Origin: Eledone cirrhosa
Taxonomy: Eukaryota
Length of the DNA: 64,000 nucleotides
Assembly (NCBI GenBank): GCA_964016885.1
Contig: OZ024740.1
Coordinates: 93,434,001 to 93,498,000, forward strand
Direction: 5' to 3'
Shown here: one piece after another, positions 27,836-41,459 of the stretch
How positions within the stretch are numbered: the first letter of the stretch is position 1
How the letters are laid out: every line of letters starts with the position of its first letter
Position numbers and translations under genes: made by a program
Notes under the pieces: model-generated
Told to the model about the DNA's origin: nothing
Seen by the model: the letters and a program-made list of their open reading frames with translations, nothing else
The model's database searches: none

Positions 27836-30800
27836 GAATGTATATATAGTGTATACTGTATGCTTAATTAAAAGCATTTTGAAGAACTTACGCCATTGTT
27901 TTATAGTAGTGACAGTCTCACTTACTTTAAATGTTCAGCAAACAGGGGAGATACAGATGACAGAGCTCTGTTTCGTACTGATTGATACATATCAAAGACA
28001 AATACTCCAGCTGTTTGCTGAAAATCATGAATGTTTGATACTTACAGGTTTCTAGTAATAATCAGAACTGATTATACAGAGCGGTTGCCTATCAAACAGA
28101 AATTGAAAGTTAGAATTGGTGCTCTTAAATAGCGATACCTATATGAATAAATATATAATGTATTTTGCAATACACTGTATGATTAATTAAAAGCATTTCG
28201 AAGACCTTACGTTATTGCTTTAGAGTAGTGACAGTCTTACTTACATTACATTTTAAGCAAACTGGGGAGATAAAGCTGACATAGCTCTGTTTCGTACTGA
28301 TGGGTACATATCAACGCCAAGTACTCCACCTGTTTACTAAAAACCATGAATGTTTGATTATTATAGAATTCTAGTAATATACAGAAACTGATGATACAGA
28401 GCGGTTGCCGGTCAAGCAGAAATTTAAAATTAGAATTGGTGCTCTGAAATAGCGATATATATATGAATGTATATATAGTATATTTTGCAATACACTGTAT
28501 GCTTAATTAAAAGCATTTCGAAGACCATGCGCTATTGTTTTAGAGTAGTGACAATCTCACTAAATTTAAATTTTCAGAAAACATTGGAGATAAAGCTGAC
28601 AGAGCTCGGTTTTCGTACTGATTGATACTTATCAAAGCCAAGTACTCCACCTGTTTGCTGGAATTCATGAATGTTTGATTTCTTATAGAATTCTAGTAAT
28701 AATCAGGAACTGACTTTACAGAGCGGTTGCCGGTCAGGCAGAAATTGAAAATTAGAATTGGTGCTCTTAAATAGCGATATATATATGAATGTAAATATAA
28801 TGTATTTTTGCAATACACTGTATGCTTAATTAAAAGCATTTCGAAGAACTTACGCTATTGTTTTAGAGTAGTGACAATCTCACTAACTTTAAATTTTCAG
28901 CAAACAGGAGAGATAAAGCTGACAGAGCTCTGTTTCGTACTGATTGCTACTTATCAAAGCCAAGTACTCCACTTGTTTGCTGGAAATCATGAATGTTTGA
29001 TTATCATAGTAATCTTGTAATTATCAGGAACTGATTATACAGAGCGGTTGCCGGTCAAGCAGCAATTACAAATTAGAATTGATGATCTGTAATAGCGATA
29101 TGTATATGAATGTATATATAGTGTATTTTGCAATGCACTGTATGCTTAATTAAAAGCATTTCGAAGACCTTACGCTAGTGTTATAGAGAAGTGACAGTCT
29201 CACTCACTTTAACATTTCAGCAAACAGTGGAGATAAAGCTGTCAAAGCTCTTTTACGTACTGATTGATACTTATCTAAGCCAAGTACTCTACCTTTTTGC
29301 TGGAAATCATGAATATTTTATTCTTATAACATTCTAATATAATCTCAGAACTGATTATACAGAGCGGTTGCCGGTCAAGCAGAAACTGAAAATTAGAATT
29401 GATGCTCTGAAATTGGTGCTCTAAAATAGCGATATATATATGAATATTTATATAGTGTATTTTGTAATACACTGTATGCTAAATTAAAAGCATTTAGAAG
29501 ACGTTACGCTATTGTTTTAGCGTAGTGACAGTCTCGCTTACATTAACTTTTCAGCAAACAGGGGGGTTAAAGCTGACAGAGCTCTATTTCGTGCTGCTTG
29601 GTACTTATCAAAGCCAAGTATTCTACCTGTTTGCTAAAAATCATGAATGTTTGATTCTTATAGAATTCTAGTAATAACCAAGAACTGATTATACAGAGCG
29701 GTTGCCGGTCAAGCAGAAATTGAAAATTAGAATTGGTACTCTGAAATAGCGATATATATATATGAATGTATATATAGTGTATTTTGCAATATACGGTATG
29801 CTTAATTAAAAGCATTTCGAAGACCTTACGCTATTGTTTTAGAGTAGTGAGAGTCTCACTTACTTTACATTTTCAGCAAACAGGGGAGATAAAGCTGACA
29901 GAGCTCTGTTTCGTACTGATTTATACTTATCAAAACCAAGTACTCCACCTATTAGCTGCAAATCATGAATGTTTGTTTATTATATAATTCTAGTAATATT
30001 TAGGAACTGATTTTACAGAGCGGTTGCCGTTCAAGCAGCAATTGAAAATAAGAATTGGTGCTCTGAAATAGCGATATATATATGAATGTATATATAGTGT
30101 ATTTTTCAATACACTATATGCCTAATTAAAAGCATGTCGAAGACCTTACGCTATTGCTTTAGAGTAGTGTCAGTCTCACTTACTTTAAATGTTCCGCAAA
30201 AGGGGAGATAAAACTGACATAGCTCTGTTTTGTAATGATTGATACTTATCAAACCCAAGTACTCCACCTGTTTGCTGAAAATCATGAATGTTTTATTCTC
30301 ATAGGATTCTAGGAATAATCAGTAAATGATTATACAGAGCGGTTGCTGGTCAAGCACAAATTGAAAATTGGAAACGGCGCACTGAACTGGCGATATATAT
30401 ATGAATGTATATATAGTGTATTTTGCAATACACTGTATGCTTAATTAAAAGCATTTCGAAGGTGTTACGCTATTGCTTTAGAGTAGTGACAGTCTCACTT
30501 ACTTTACCTTTTCAGCAAATAGGGGAGATAAAGCTGACAGAGCTTAGATTCGTACTGATTGGTACTTATCAAAGTCAATTAATCCATCTGTTTGCTGAAA
30601 ATGATGAATGTTTGATTCTCATAGGATTCTAGTAAAAATCAGGAACTGATTATACATAGCGGTTGCCGGTCAAGCAGAAATTAAAAATTAGTATTGGTGC
30701 TCTGAAATAGCGATATATATATGAATGTATATATAGTGCATTTTGCAATACACTGTGTGCTTAATTAAAAGGATTTCGAAGACATTACGCTATTGTTTTA

Positions 30801-32417
30801 GAGTAGTGACAGTCTCACTTACTTTAAATGCTCAGTAAACAGGGGAGATAAAGCTGACAGAGCTTAGTTTCGTACTGATTGGTACTTATCAAAGTCAATT
30901 AATCCATCTGTTTGCTGAAAATGATGAATGTTTGATTCTTATAGAATTCTAGTAATAATCAGGAACTGATTATACATAGCGGTTGACGGTCAAGCATAAA
31001 TCGAAAATTGGAATTAGTACACTGAAATAGCGATATATATATGAATGTATATATAGTGTATTTCGCAATACACTGTATGCATAATTAAAAGCATTTAGAA
31101 GAATTTACGCAATTGTTTTAGAGTAGTGACAGTCTCACTTACATTTAGTTTTCAGCCAACAGGGGAGATAAACCTGACAGAGCTCTGTTTCGTACTGATT
31201 GATACTTATCTAAGACAAGTACTCCACTCGGTTGCTGGAAATCATGAATGTTTGATTCTTATAGAATTCTAGTAATAACCAAGAACTGATTTTAAAAGAG
31301 CAGTTGCCGGTCAAGCAGAAATTGAAAATTATAATTGGTGCTCTGAATTAGCGATATATATATGAATGTATATATAGGGTATTTTTCAATACAGTATATG
31401 CTTAATTAAAAGCATTTCGAAGACCTTACGCTATTGCTTTAATGTAGAGACAGTCTCACTAAACTTTAAATTTTCAGCAAACAGGGGAGATAAAGCTGAC
31501 ATAGCTCTGTTTCGTACTGATTGGTATTTATCAAAGCCAAGTATTCCCCTTGTTTGCTGGAAATCATGAATGTTTGATTCTTATAGAATTCGAGTAATAA
31601 TCAGGAACTGATTATACAGAGCGGTTGCCGGTTAATCACAATAGAAAATTAGAATTGGTGCTCTGAATTAGCGATATATATATGAACGTATATATAGTGT
31701 ATTTTGCAATACACTGTATGCTTAATTAAAAGCATTTTGAAGACCTTACGCTATTGTTTTAGATAAGTGAGAGTCTCACGTACTTTAAATTTTCAGCAAA
31801 CACGGGAGATAAAGCTGACAGAGCTCTGTTTCGTACTTATTGATACTTATCTAAGCCAGGTACACCACCTGTTTGCTGAAAATAATGAATGTTTGATTCT
31901 TATAGGATTCGAGTAATAATCAAGAACTGATTATACGGAGCAGTTGCCGGTCAAGCATCAATTGTATATTAGAATTGGTGCTCTGAAATAACTATATATA
32001 TATATGAATGTATATATAGTGTATTTTGCAATACACTATATGCTTTATTAAAAGCATTTCCAAGACATTACGCTATTGTTTTAGAGTAGTGAGAGTCTCA
32101 CTATACTTTAAATTTTCAGCAATCCGGGGACATAAAACTGACATAGCTCTGTTTCGTACTGATTGATACTTATCAAACCCAAGTACTCCACCTGTTTGCT
32201 GAAAATCACGAATGTTTGATTCTCATAGGATTCTAGTAATAATCAGGAACTGCTTATACAGAGCGGTTGCAGGTCAAGCAGAAATAAAAAAAATAGAATT
32301 GGTGCTCTGAAATAGCGATATATATATGAATGTATATATAGTGTATTTTGCAATACACTGTATGCTTAAATAAAAGCATTTCGAAGACCTTACGCTATTG
32401 TTTTAGTTTAGTGACAG
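27836..32417. repeat. Tandem array of ~320-bp units (14 complete + partial), each carrying a minus-strand HHR
   Basis: Marker tgcttaattaaaagc at 27861, 28180, 28500, 28823, 29143, 29477, 29799, 30119, 30438, 30758, 31078, 31399, 31719, 32041, 32363. Confidence 0.97.
28917..28961 (-). ncRNA. Type I HHR, U3-A8 core variant (representative unit of the 320-bp array)
   Basis: Minus-strand array consensus GGCU UUGAUAA GUAY-CAAUCA-GUAC GAAA CAGAGCUCUG UC AGCU (this unit has one stem II mismatch); stem I extended by ggag/ctcc and ttttcagcaaacagg/cctgtttgctgaaaa. Confidence 0.78.
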
Positions 32418-33144
32418 AATTTCTTTTTACTTAAAATAAGGGGCTCACGAAGGATTCACTGAACCAGAACAATTCTCCCATCCAATTTCTCTTGACCATT
32501 ATCTTTTACTTGTCATAAAATCCTCTGAAAAGGCTGCAGAATGGATTTCCAAATAAGGGCGCGAAAATTTAATGAAAACCTGTTCACGTGATAGCCATAA
32601 TTTCATTTATAACCGATCAAAATACGTTTATTAAAAAAAAGCCTCCGTGAGCCCCCCCTTTTTTTTAAGTAAAAAAAAAATCAAACAGTTATGTATAAAA
32701 AAACAACCTGTGACAATTCCCCCCCCCCCATTCGAGACACCTTGTTTGAAGAACTTTGTAACGCGAACTGGCTCGAAATTTATTATAATTATTGACCAAC
32801 CAATCAAATTACTTATCGAAAAACCTGGCATTTCGAGCCACATTTTCCATATAAAACAAGTAACATTCAGAGACCAAACAGATGTGAGAAAAACTACAGA
32901 CCTTCCATCTCAACTCTACTTTTGAAAAACAGAAGAACTGCGAAACCGGTAAAGGAACCAAATAAATATATATTTTGTAAAATACCACTCCAGTTGCATT
33001 TTCGATTTTATCTTTTTTTCTATATACTTTCACACGGTAGGACACCTCGGTTATTTTTAATTTTGTAAAAAAGAAACCTCACCTTCTAATATATATATAT
33101 ATATATATTTATACATATACATATATACACACATATATACACAT

Positions 33145-33201
<57 letters not shown>

Positions 33202-33254
33202 CACACACATATACACATGCATATACTTACATATATATATATATATAAATATGT

Positions 33255-33318
<64 letters not shown>

Positions 33319-33449
33319 GTGAGGTTTTTTTTACAAAATGAAAAATAACCGAGGTGTCCTACACGTGTGGAAGTATAAAGTAAAAGGGATGAAATCGAAA
33401 ATGCAACTGAAGTCTTATTTTTTAAAAAAAATTATATATTTATTTGGTT

Positions 33450-33487
33450 CCTTTACCGGTTTCGCAGTTCTTCTGCTTTTCAAAAGG
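33450..33487 (-). ncRNA. Minimal type I HHR, U3-A8 core (mirror copy)
   Basis: Reverse complement of cctttaccggtttcgcagttcttctgcttttcaaaagg. Confidence 0.78.
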
Positions 33488-33559
33488 TGAGTCGAGATGG
33501 AGGGTCTGTGGTTTTTCTCACATCTGTGAGAAAAACCACAGACCCTCCATCTCAACTCA

Positions 33560-33597
33560 CCTTTTGAAAAGCAGAAGAACTGCGAAACCGGTAAAGG
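33560..33597 (+). ncRNA. Minimal type I HHR, U3-A8 core (UUGAAAA)
   Basis: CCUU UUGAAAA GCAG-AAGAA-CUGC GAAA CCGG UA AAGG; palindromic stem III ACCGGU. Confidence 0.78.
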
Positions 33598-33666
33598 AAC
33601 CAAATAAATATATAATTTTTTTTAAAAAATAAGACTTCAGTTGCATTTTCGATTTCATCCCTTTTT

Positions 33667-33705
<39 letters not shown>

Positions 33706-34064
33706 AATAAGTACTCATAAACATACGCATATACACAGGTACATAAAAACAGCTCCACAGGCAGAAAATTCAGATAGGTAAGAGGTACTTACATAACCAT
33801 AGTGGCCGTATTTCAGATAGAGGAGGGGTGAGGGTGGGGTGTTACTTTAAATATAAATTATAGCTTTAAAGAATTAGCTTTTAATGTATTCCCTTTTCTA
33901 TCAACCAATGACTTCTACCCATGTCACTCCCTACCCTCTCCTACCACCTGAAGAGACTATAAATACCATATTTATTTTTTTATACCCAGATTCCTGATAA
34001 TTTCTAAAGAATAAAACAGTTCTAGTCCTGTAGAATCACATCTCTCTCTCTATATATATATATA

Positions 34065-34532
<468 letters not shown>

Positions 34533-34877
34533 TATATACACCTGAAAGATAACAAATATTTTTGTAAGTGAGAATTCTGAAGGGGAATGGGGAATGCATG
34601 GCAAGAAGGAATGAAATTAGTTTCGGAAATAGGATTCGGATTTCTTTTTAAACAGTAGTACGTTAATAATGTGCTCTGAAATGTTAAATATGCAGCAAAT
34701 GTGTATCACCACCCACTTTGTAGAACTCATATTTCGAATGTTAACAAGGATCACAAAGAACAATACGAAACTTTGTTCAAAACATAAAAACATTCCTTTG
34801 GAATTTCTTTGTCATTATGTTCCTCATCGATGAAATTCATATTCATATTTTCTCATTTGTAATTCGATGCCTTTTCT

Positions 34878-35827
34878 ATAGATTATTTATCTAATAATGT
34901 TCCTTTTTCGAATTTGTTTCTGCCTATTTGGAAACGTTATGAAAGAGAGTACGAAGGATAAAAAACAAGGAAGATATAAGGATTGAATTGGGTAACATCC
35001 TTTTTTTTTGTTTATATTTTGACATTCTGTATTTCTTTATTCCAAGGTGAAAACAGTATTCATTCCGTTGGTATATCATGGCATTTAGATATTCTAATAA
35101 AAAACAACTGCAAGTGATTCAAATTGATTTTCTTGAATATTTTCAAGAAGAGTTTGAATTCAAAAATATTTCGAAGTCACATGATTTTACACCGTTAATA
35201 TTATTAATATTAATTTTGAATATAGAAAATATCAAATGCTTCTAACAAACTGTGAACATATTCTGATGTTCATTTATACTGACATGTTAAGTTTAACATA
35301 ACCATACATAAATTGCATATAATTACTTCTGATATACCAACTGTTCTAAATGCCCTCTATTGAAGAAATGTACACATTCGTTAGATGTGAATTTAACGCA
35401 ATCTCATAACTTTCAAGTTATTCTTGTTATGTATATTTTACATTAAAATATCTGATTATTTTAGCTTTAAAACTTAAGAATTTACAAATATAATGCTGTA
35501 GTATTTCCCCACTCAGTATTAGTGCCTGTATTTTTATCATATACTTTACGAATGTTCATTTCAAAAACTAAATCTTTCTTCTAAAGATTACATTGGGTTA
35601 TCTGCTGCAGTGTTATATTATACATGTTAGATATATTATTACTATACGGCATTCTACTTACCTCGTTCATTCATAATGAAACCAATGTTATAATTTCATC
35701 TAATTTCGCCTTACTTAGATATATTACTGACACGTATTTCAACGTAAGTCGCAAAAAACGTATATAGAATCTACCAATGAGATTCACAGGTCTGTATATA
35801 AAACAACTCAAATTCTGCATGGTATAA

Positions 35828-35875
<48 letters not shown>

Positions 35876-36769
35876 AATAAATGGATTGAAAACAATGGAA
35901 ATATATTCATAGCTGACTAGATAGCGCCATTGATTAATTGATTACTCCTCAATATATTTGGCATCGAAATTCCTTTGATAGCGTTTCGTTGTGTAAAGGT
36001 GGCTTTGTAGAATCCATATCGAGAACATTCATAGATTGTCAGCAGTTATTGTTTGATGTATGATCTCCATTTCTTTATCCCCGTTGTATCATGCGATATT
36101 CGAAGCGATTTTATCTGGACTGGCTGTTCTACCCATGGCGTACTTGTGGACATCGGCAAAGTATCGTCTATTTAGGGACCAATACATATTTGCTATATTT
36201 GTAGATTGAACTATTTTAGATGGCGTATAGAACCATGTTATATTTCTATCTCCAAATATATTTGGGTTGGGCTGTGATTTCAGCGATGTACAATATATTT
36301 TTCTTACATAAACAGCTCGCTTGTACGTTACAGTAATAAGATGTAGCGTGGTCAAAGTATTCCTGTCGAATGTTAAGCTAATGTGTATATTGGTAATTAC
36401 TGTTTCTAGGTTCTTAGCAATATTGGAGATATTTATATATATATAATGCTCGGTCTTACTTAATTTAAGTTCTATAAGTGATTTGCAGAAATAAAAAAAA
36501 TGGTAACATTGTCAGTAAACGTACATAAACAATATCCAAGAAAATCAATTTGAATCACTTGCAGTTGTTTTTTGTAGAATATCTAAATGCCATGAAATAC
36601 ACAATGGAATGAATACTGTTTTCACGTTGAAATGAAGAAATACAGAATGTTACCCAATTCAATCCTTAAATCTTCCTTCCTTTTACCCCTTCGTACTCTC
36701 TTTCATAACGTTTCCAAATAGGCAGAAATAAATTCGAGATAAGGAACATTATTAGATAAATAATTTATA
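34878..36769. repeat. Inverted repeat pair (34878-35141 vs 36531-36769) with ~1.4-kb spacer, probably very decayed PLE
   Basis: Arms are clear reverse complements; faint RT-like words on minus strand (EHNDKEIP, RNITWF). Confidence 0.7.
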
Positions 36770-37555
36770 GGAAACAACATTTTAAAATGTATTCATGCAA
36801 TGGCCGATCGTATACTTAGAAGCTTCTCATCATCGTCTTTACACTATCGTGTTATCATCGTTTGTTGACGACATAGATCGGTGTGTTGGCATATACTGCT
36901 TTAATCTCAATGGCACGAAACCTTATAATTACGGCATTGAATGTCTCATAATATAATTTGCCCTTCTTATTTCGGAGTTAATGAAGTTGGGGATACTTTT
37001 ATTATTCTGCCAGAATAGCAAGTGTCTGATTAATGTCCATATGCAGAACGTAGTAGTACACATAAACGTTTTGAACAGGAGAAGACTTGGACTTTAAGGG
37101 GACACCTTCAACTCTGATCGGAAAGGCTATATTCTCAGAAATATGCAGTTACGTGTTTTTCCTGAAACTACACTTCACAGCACAGTTGTGTAATGGCCTG
37201 GTAGATGTAAACTAATCTAAGATACATGTAACATCTGTAATCAAAACACCGGTAAGCAATAAGTTACATGCGAATAAATACATTCATTCCACACCTGGAA
37301 TTATGCAGATATATGCTTCCGGAAGAGAAAAACAGACACACAGACACCTACGTACGCACACAATCACACACACGAACACAATCACAGGCACGCCAAAACA
37401 CGTATAGTTATGTATATACAATGGCACCGTTGGCTTTTCTGATGATCTCTTTCGAAAGAAACTGTCCTGTTCCTGTAGTAGCAATTCCTATATTAAACAT
37501 GATGTATAAACGCTTGAGTATTGAGTACCTTACTTATATATATATATTTATATAA

Positions 37556-37590
<35 letters not shown>

Positions 37591-37801
37591 ATTGTTTATA
37601 GTTATGTATATACTATACTATAAACAACTATAAAGAGGAGAGATCAGTGATTTATTACTACGTTATTACCAGTGAGGGACATAGCCCAATGTAAGAACAT
37701 CCGGTGTTTTATAGAGTAGGAATATAGTCTACACAAATATCAAATTTATCTTCAAATAATTATATTTGTGTAATTTATATATACACACACACACACACAC
37801 A

Positions 37802-37879
<78 letters not shown>

Positions 37880-38327
37880 AATATATATATATATTTAAAA
37901 GAATAGAGGTGTAACGCACGAGTTATGATATATTGGTAAAAAGAAAAGAAAATGCTGACAAATTGTTCCCAGTGAAAAATAGTTTAATTAGGAATAAGTA
38001 AAAATTAGTAATAGTATTGGTTAGTATTCAGTCTTGGGTTTAAGTTTTACCGGTTGCGCATTTCTAATGCTTTTCAAAAATAATTTTGAGATAGAGCGCT
38101 AGTGATGTTTGCTCTAATCTGATAAGTTTTGGAAATTCTACCTGCTTTATGTAAAAAAAGTGGCTCCAGATGTGGTCAAAACACATTTGATTGGTCGGTA
38201 GAGGTCATGTGAATGTTAAAAGGGCTTTTAATATATATATATAATGGAAAAATTTGAACAGGGACAAAACAGAGAGGCAGTACAACGAATGTTTATTAAT
38301 TTCACGCTCTGGAGAGTGGGGTATATA

Positions 38328-38799
<472 letters not shown>

Positions 38800-38814
38800 G
38801 TGTGTATATGTATA

Positions 38815-39692
<878 letters not shown>

Positions 39693-39864
39693 AAGGTATG
39701 CATCGAGTTAGAAAATGAAAATAGTATCGTTACATCAAATTACCTCTAGAAAAGAGGTTTTCCTGAGCCGTATAGTATAACTGATCGAAAAAGAAAAACG
39801 AAAGATTTAAACACATATATGTATATATCTGTGTTCGTTTTTCTTTTTCTTTTTTGTTCAGATA

Positions 39865-39932
<68 letters not shown>

Positions 39933-39934
<2 letters not shown>

Positions 39935-40525
39935 TAGCTGACGTACCCAGCTTCGCCCGGGTAAACAGATGATAAGAGAAGACAGGTAAAACAGAATATA
40001 AAAGATGATGTTCAGCCAGTTCGTTTTCAACCATCGCAGCACGCCTTCGTTTCTTGGCTCCAGTGTTTCGTTGGCGTTGTTCAACAAGCTCTTCTTCATT
40101 CATGGCGTCTTTGCCTCTGAAGTTCGGCGTTCCGATGGCGCTGTTCGGCCCGTTTTTTTTATTCTTGGCTGCACGCCTATGCCGCTGTAGTTCACTGATT
40201 GATAAAGACGAATTGCTTTTACTCTCTGTGGAACGCTGTACGCACGCACACACACATACATATACGCGCACGTACATACATACGCACACATGTTAATAGT
40301 ATTGCTTTCCTTCCCCTCTTATTTCCACACACATCACACTCACATTGACACATATACATAATGATTCCAACACAGCGTTCACACTCTCCCCTCTCACTCC
40401 GTCATTGTCATTATGCATATTAATTTCAGTTTGGCGTTGTTGAGGTGGGTGGCGTCGTTTGAAACCTATGAACAAATGACAATTGAGAATTATGACACAC
40501 GGAATACTGACATAAGTCAAATTAA
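39933..40525 (+). mobile_element. Putative non-autonomous Helitron/Helentron-like element inserted in (AT)n
   Basis: 5' actagctgacgtacccagcttcgcccggg terminus resembles Helentron/HINE ends; internal CA/CATA microsatellite; minus ORF NEEELVEQRQRNTGAKKRRRA. Confidence 0.4.
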
Positions 40526-41150
40526 TATATATATATATATATACACATATGTTTATGTATATATGTATATATGTGTGTTTGTGTGTGAGTGTGTTTATTG
40601 ACGCATTAAACGTACAATGTAAATGTGACAGTAATTATTTTGCCTCATCCATAATTGAAACCAATGTATTCTTCGTGTCACCCTTAAATGAAAAGCATTA
40701 TTAACGTAACCACCATGACTTCGATGGAAACTATCTAAATTCTAATTAAAAAAATGTATATGAGAGGTTACTTACAATATTTCAATAACGTCATTAATTT
40801 TAAAGTACAATTATGTCCCATGTATTCTAGTTATTAACGATTATCACACAGGGACTTTTAAACGATCCAGTTGTCCAAAGCAGGCATTATCATTGCTATA
40901 CCATAACGGCGTGCATCACAGCATTGCAGCTCTCACGTTGGACTTGTAGAGTTCGGTGTATTTATTACATATCAGATGTAAAGGGTCAAATTATAAATAT
41001 AATACGAGAGAGATGATGGCAACGGTGTTGATGAAGTGTGGTTCATGATGATTATAACGGCAACAAATTCGACGGCCATGATAACATAATGTGAGATTCA
41101 CCTCAATAATGTAGGAATAGAATTGATAATACATATGTGTGTGTATTATC

Positions 41151-41216
<66 letters not shown>

Positions 41217-41226
41217 AGTAAATATG

Positions 41227-41414
<188 letters not shown>

Positions 41415-41459
41415 GATTTATATACATATATATGTGCATATATATATATATATATATAT

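Larger units (their letters stand above)
32540..33670. mobile_element. Family B copies in forward / inverted / forward arrangement around (AT)n
   Basis: 32990-33090 is the reverse complement of ~33310-33420; 33387-33662 is a near-perfect hairpin centred at ~33522. Confidence 0.85.

Noticed and set aside
27836-32417. CRISPR-like or coding interpretation of the array; plus-strand ctgatga..gaaa at ~28388
   Set aside because: Units are homologous over their whole length with no unique spacers; the short ORFs are not conserved across units; plus-strand CTGATGA occurs in only one unit and lacks stems I and III
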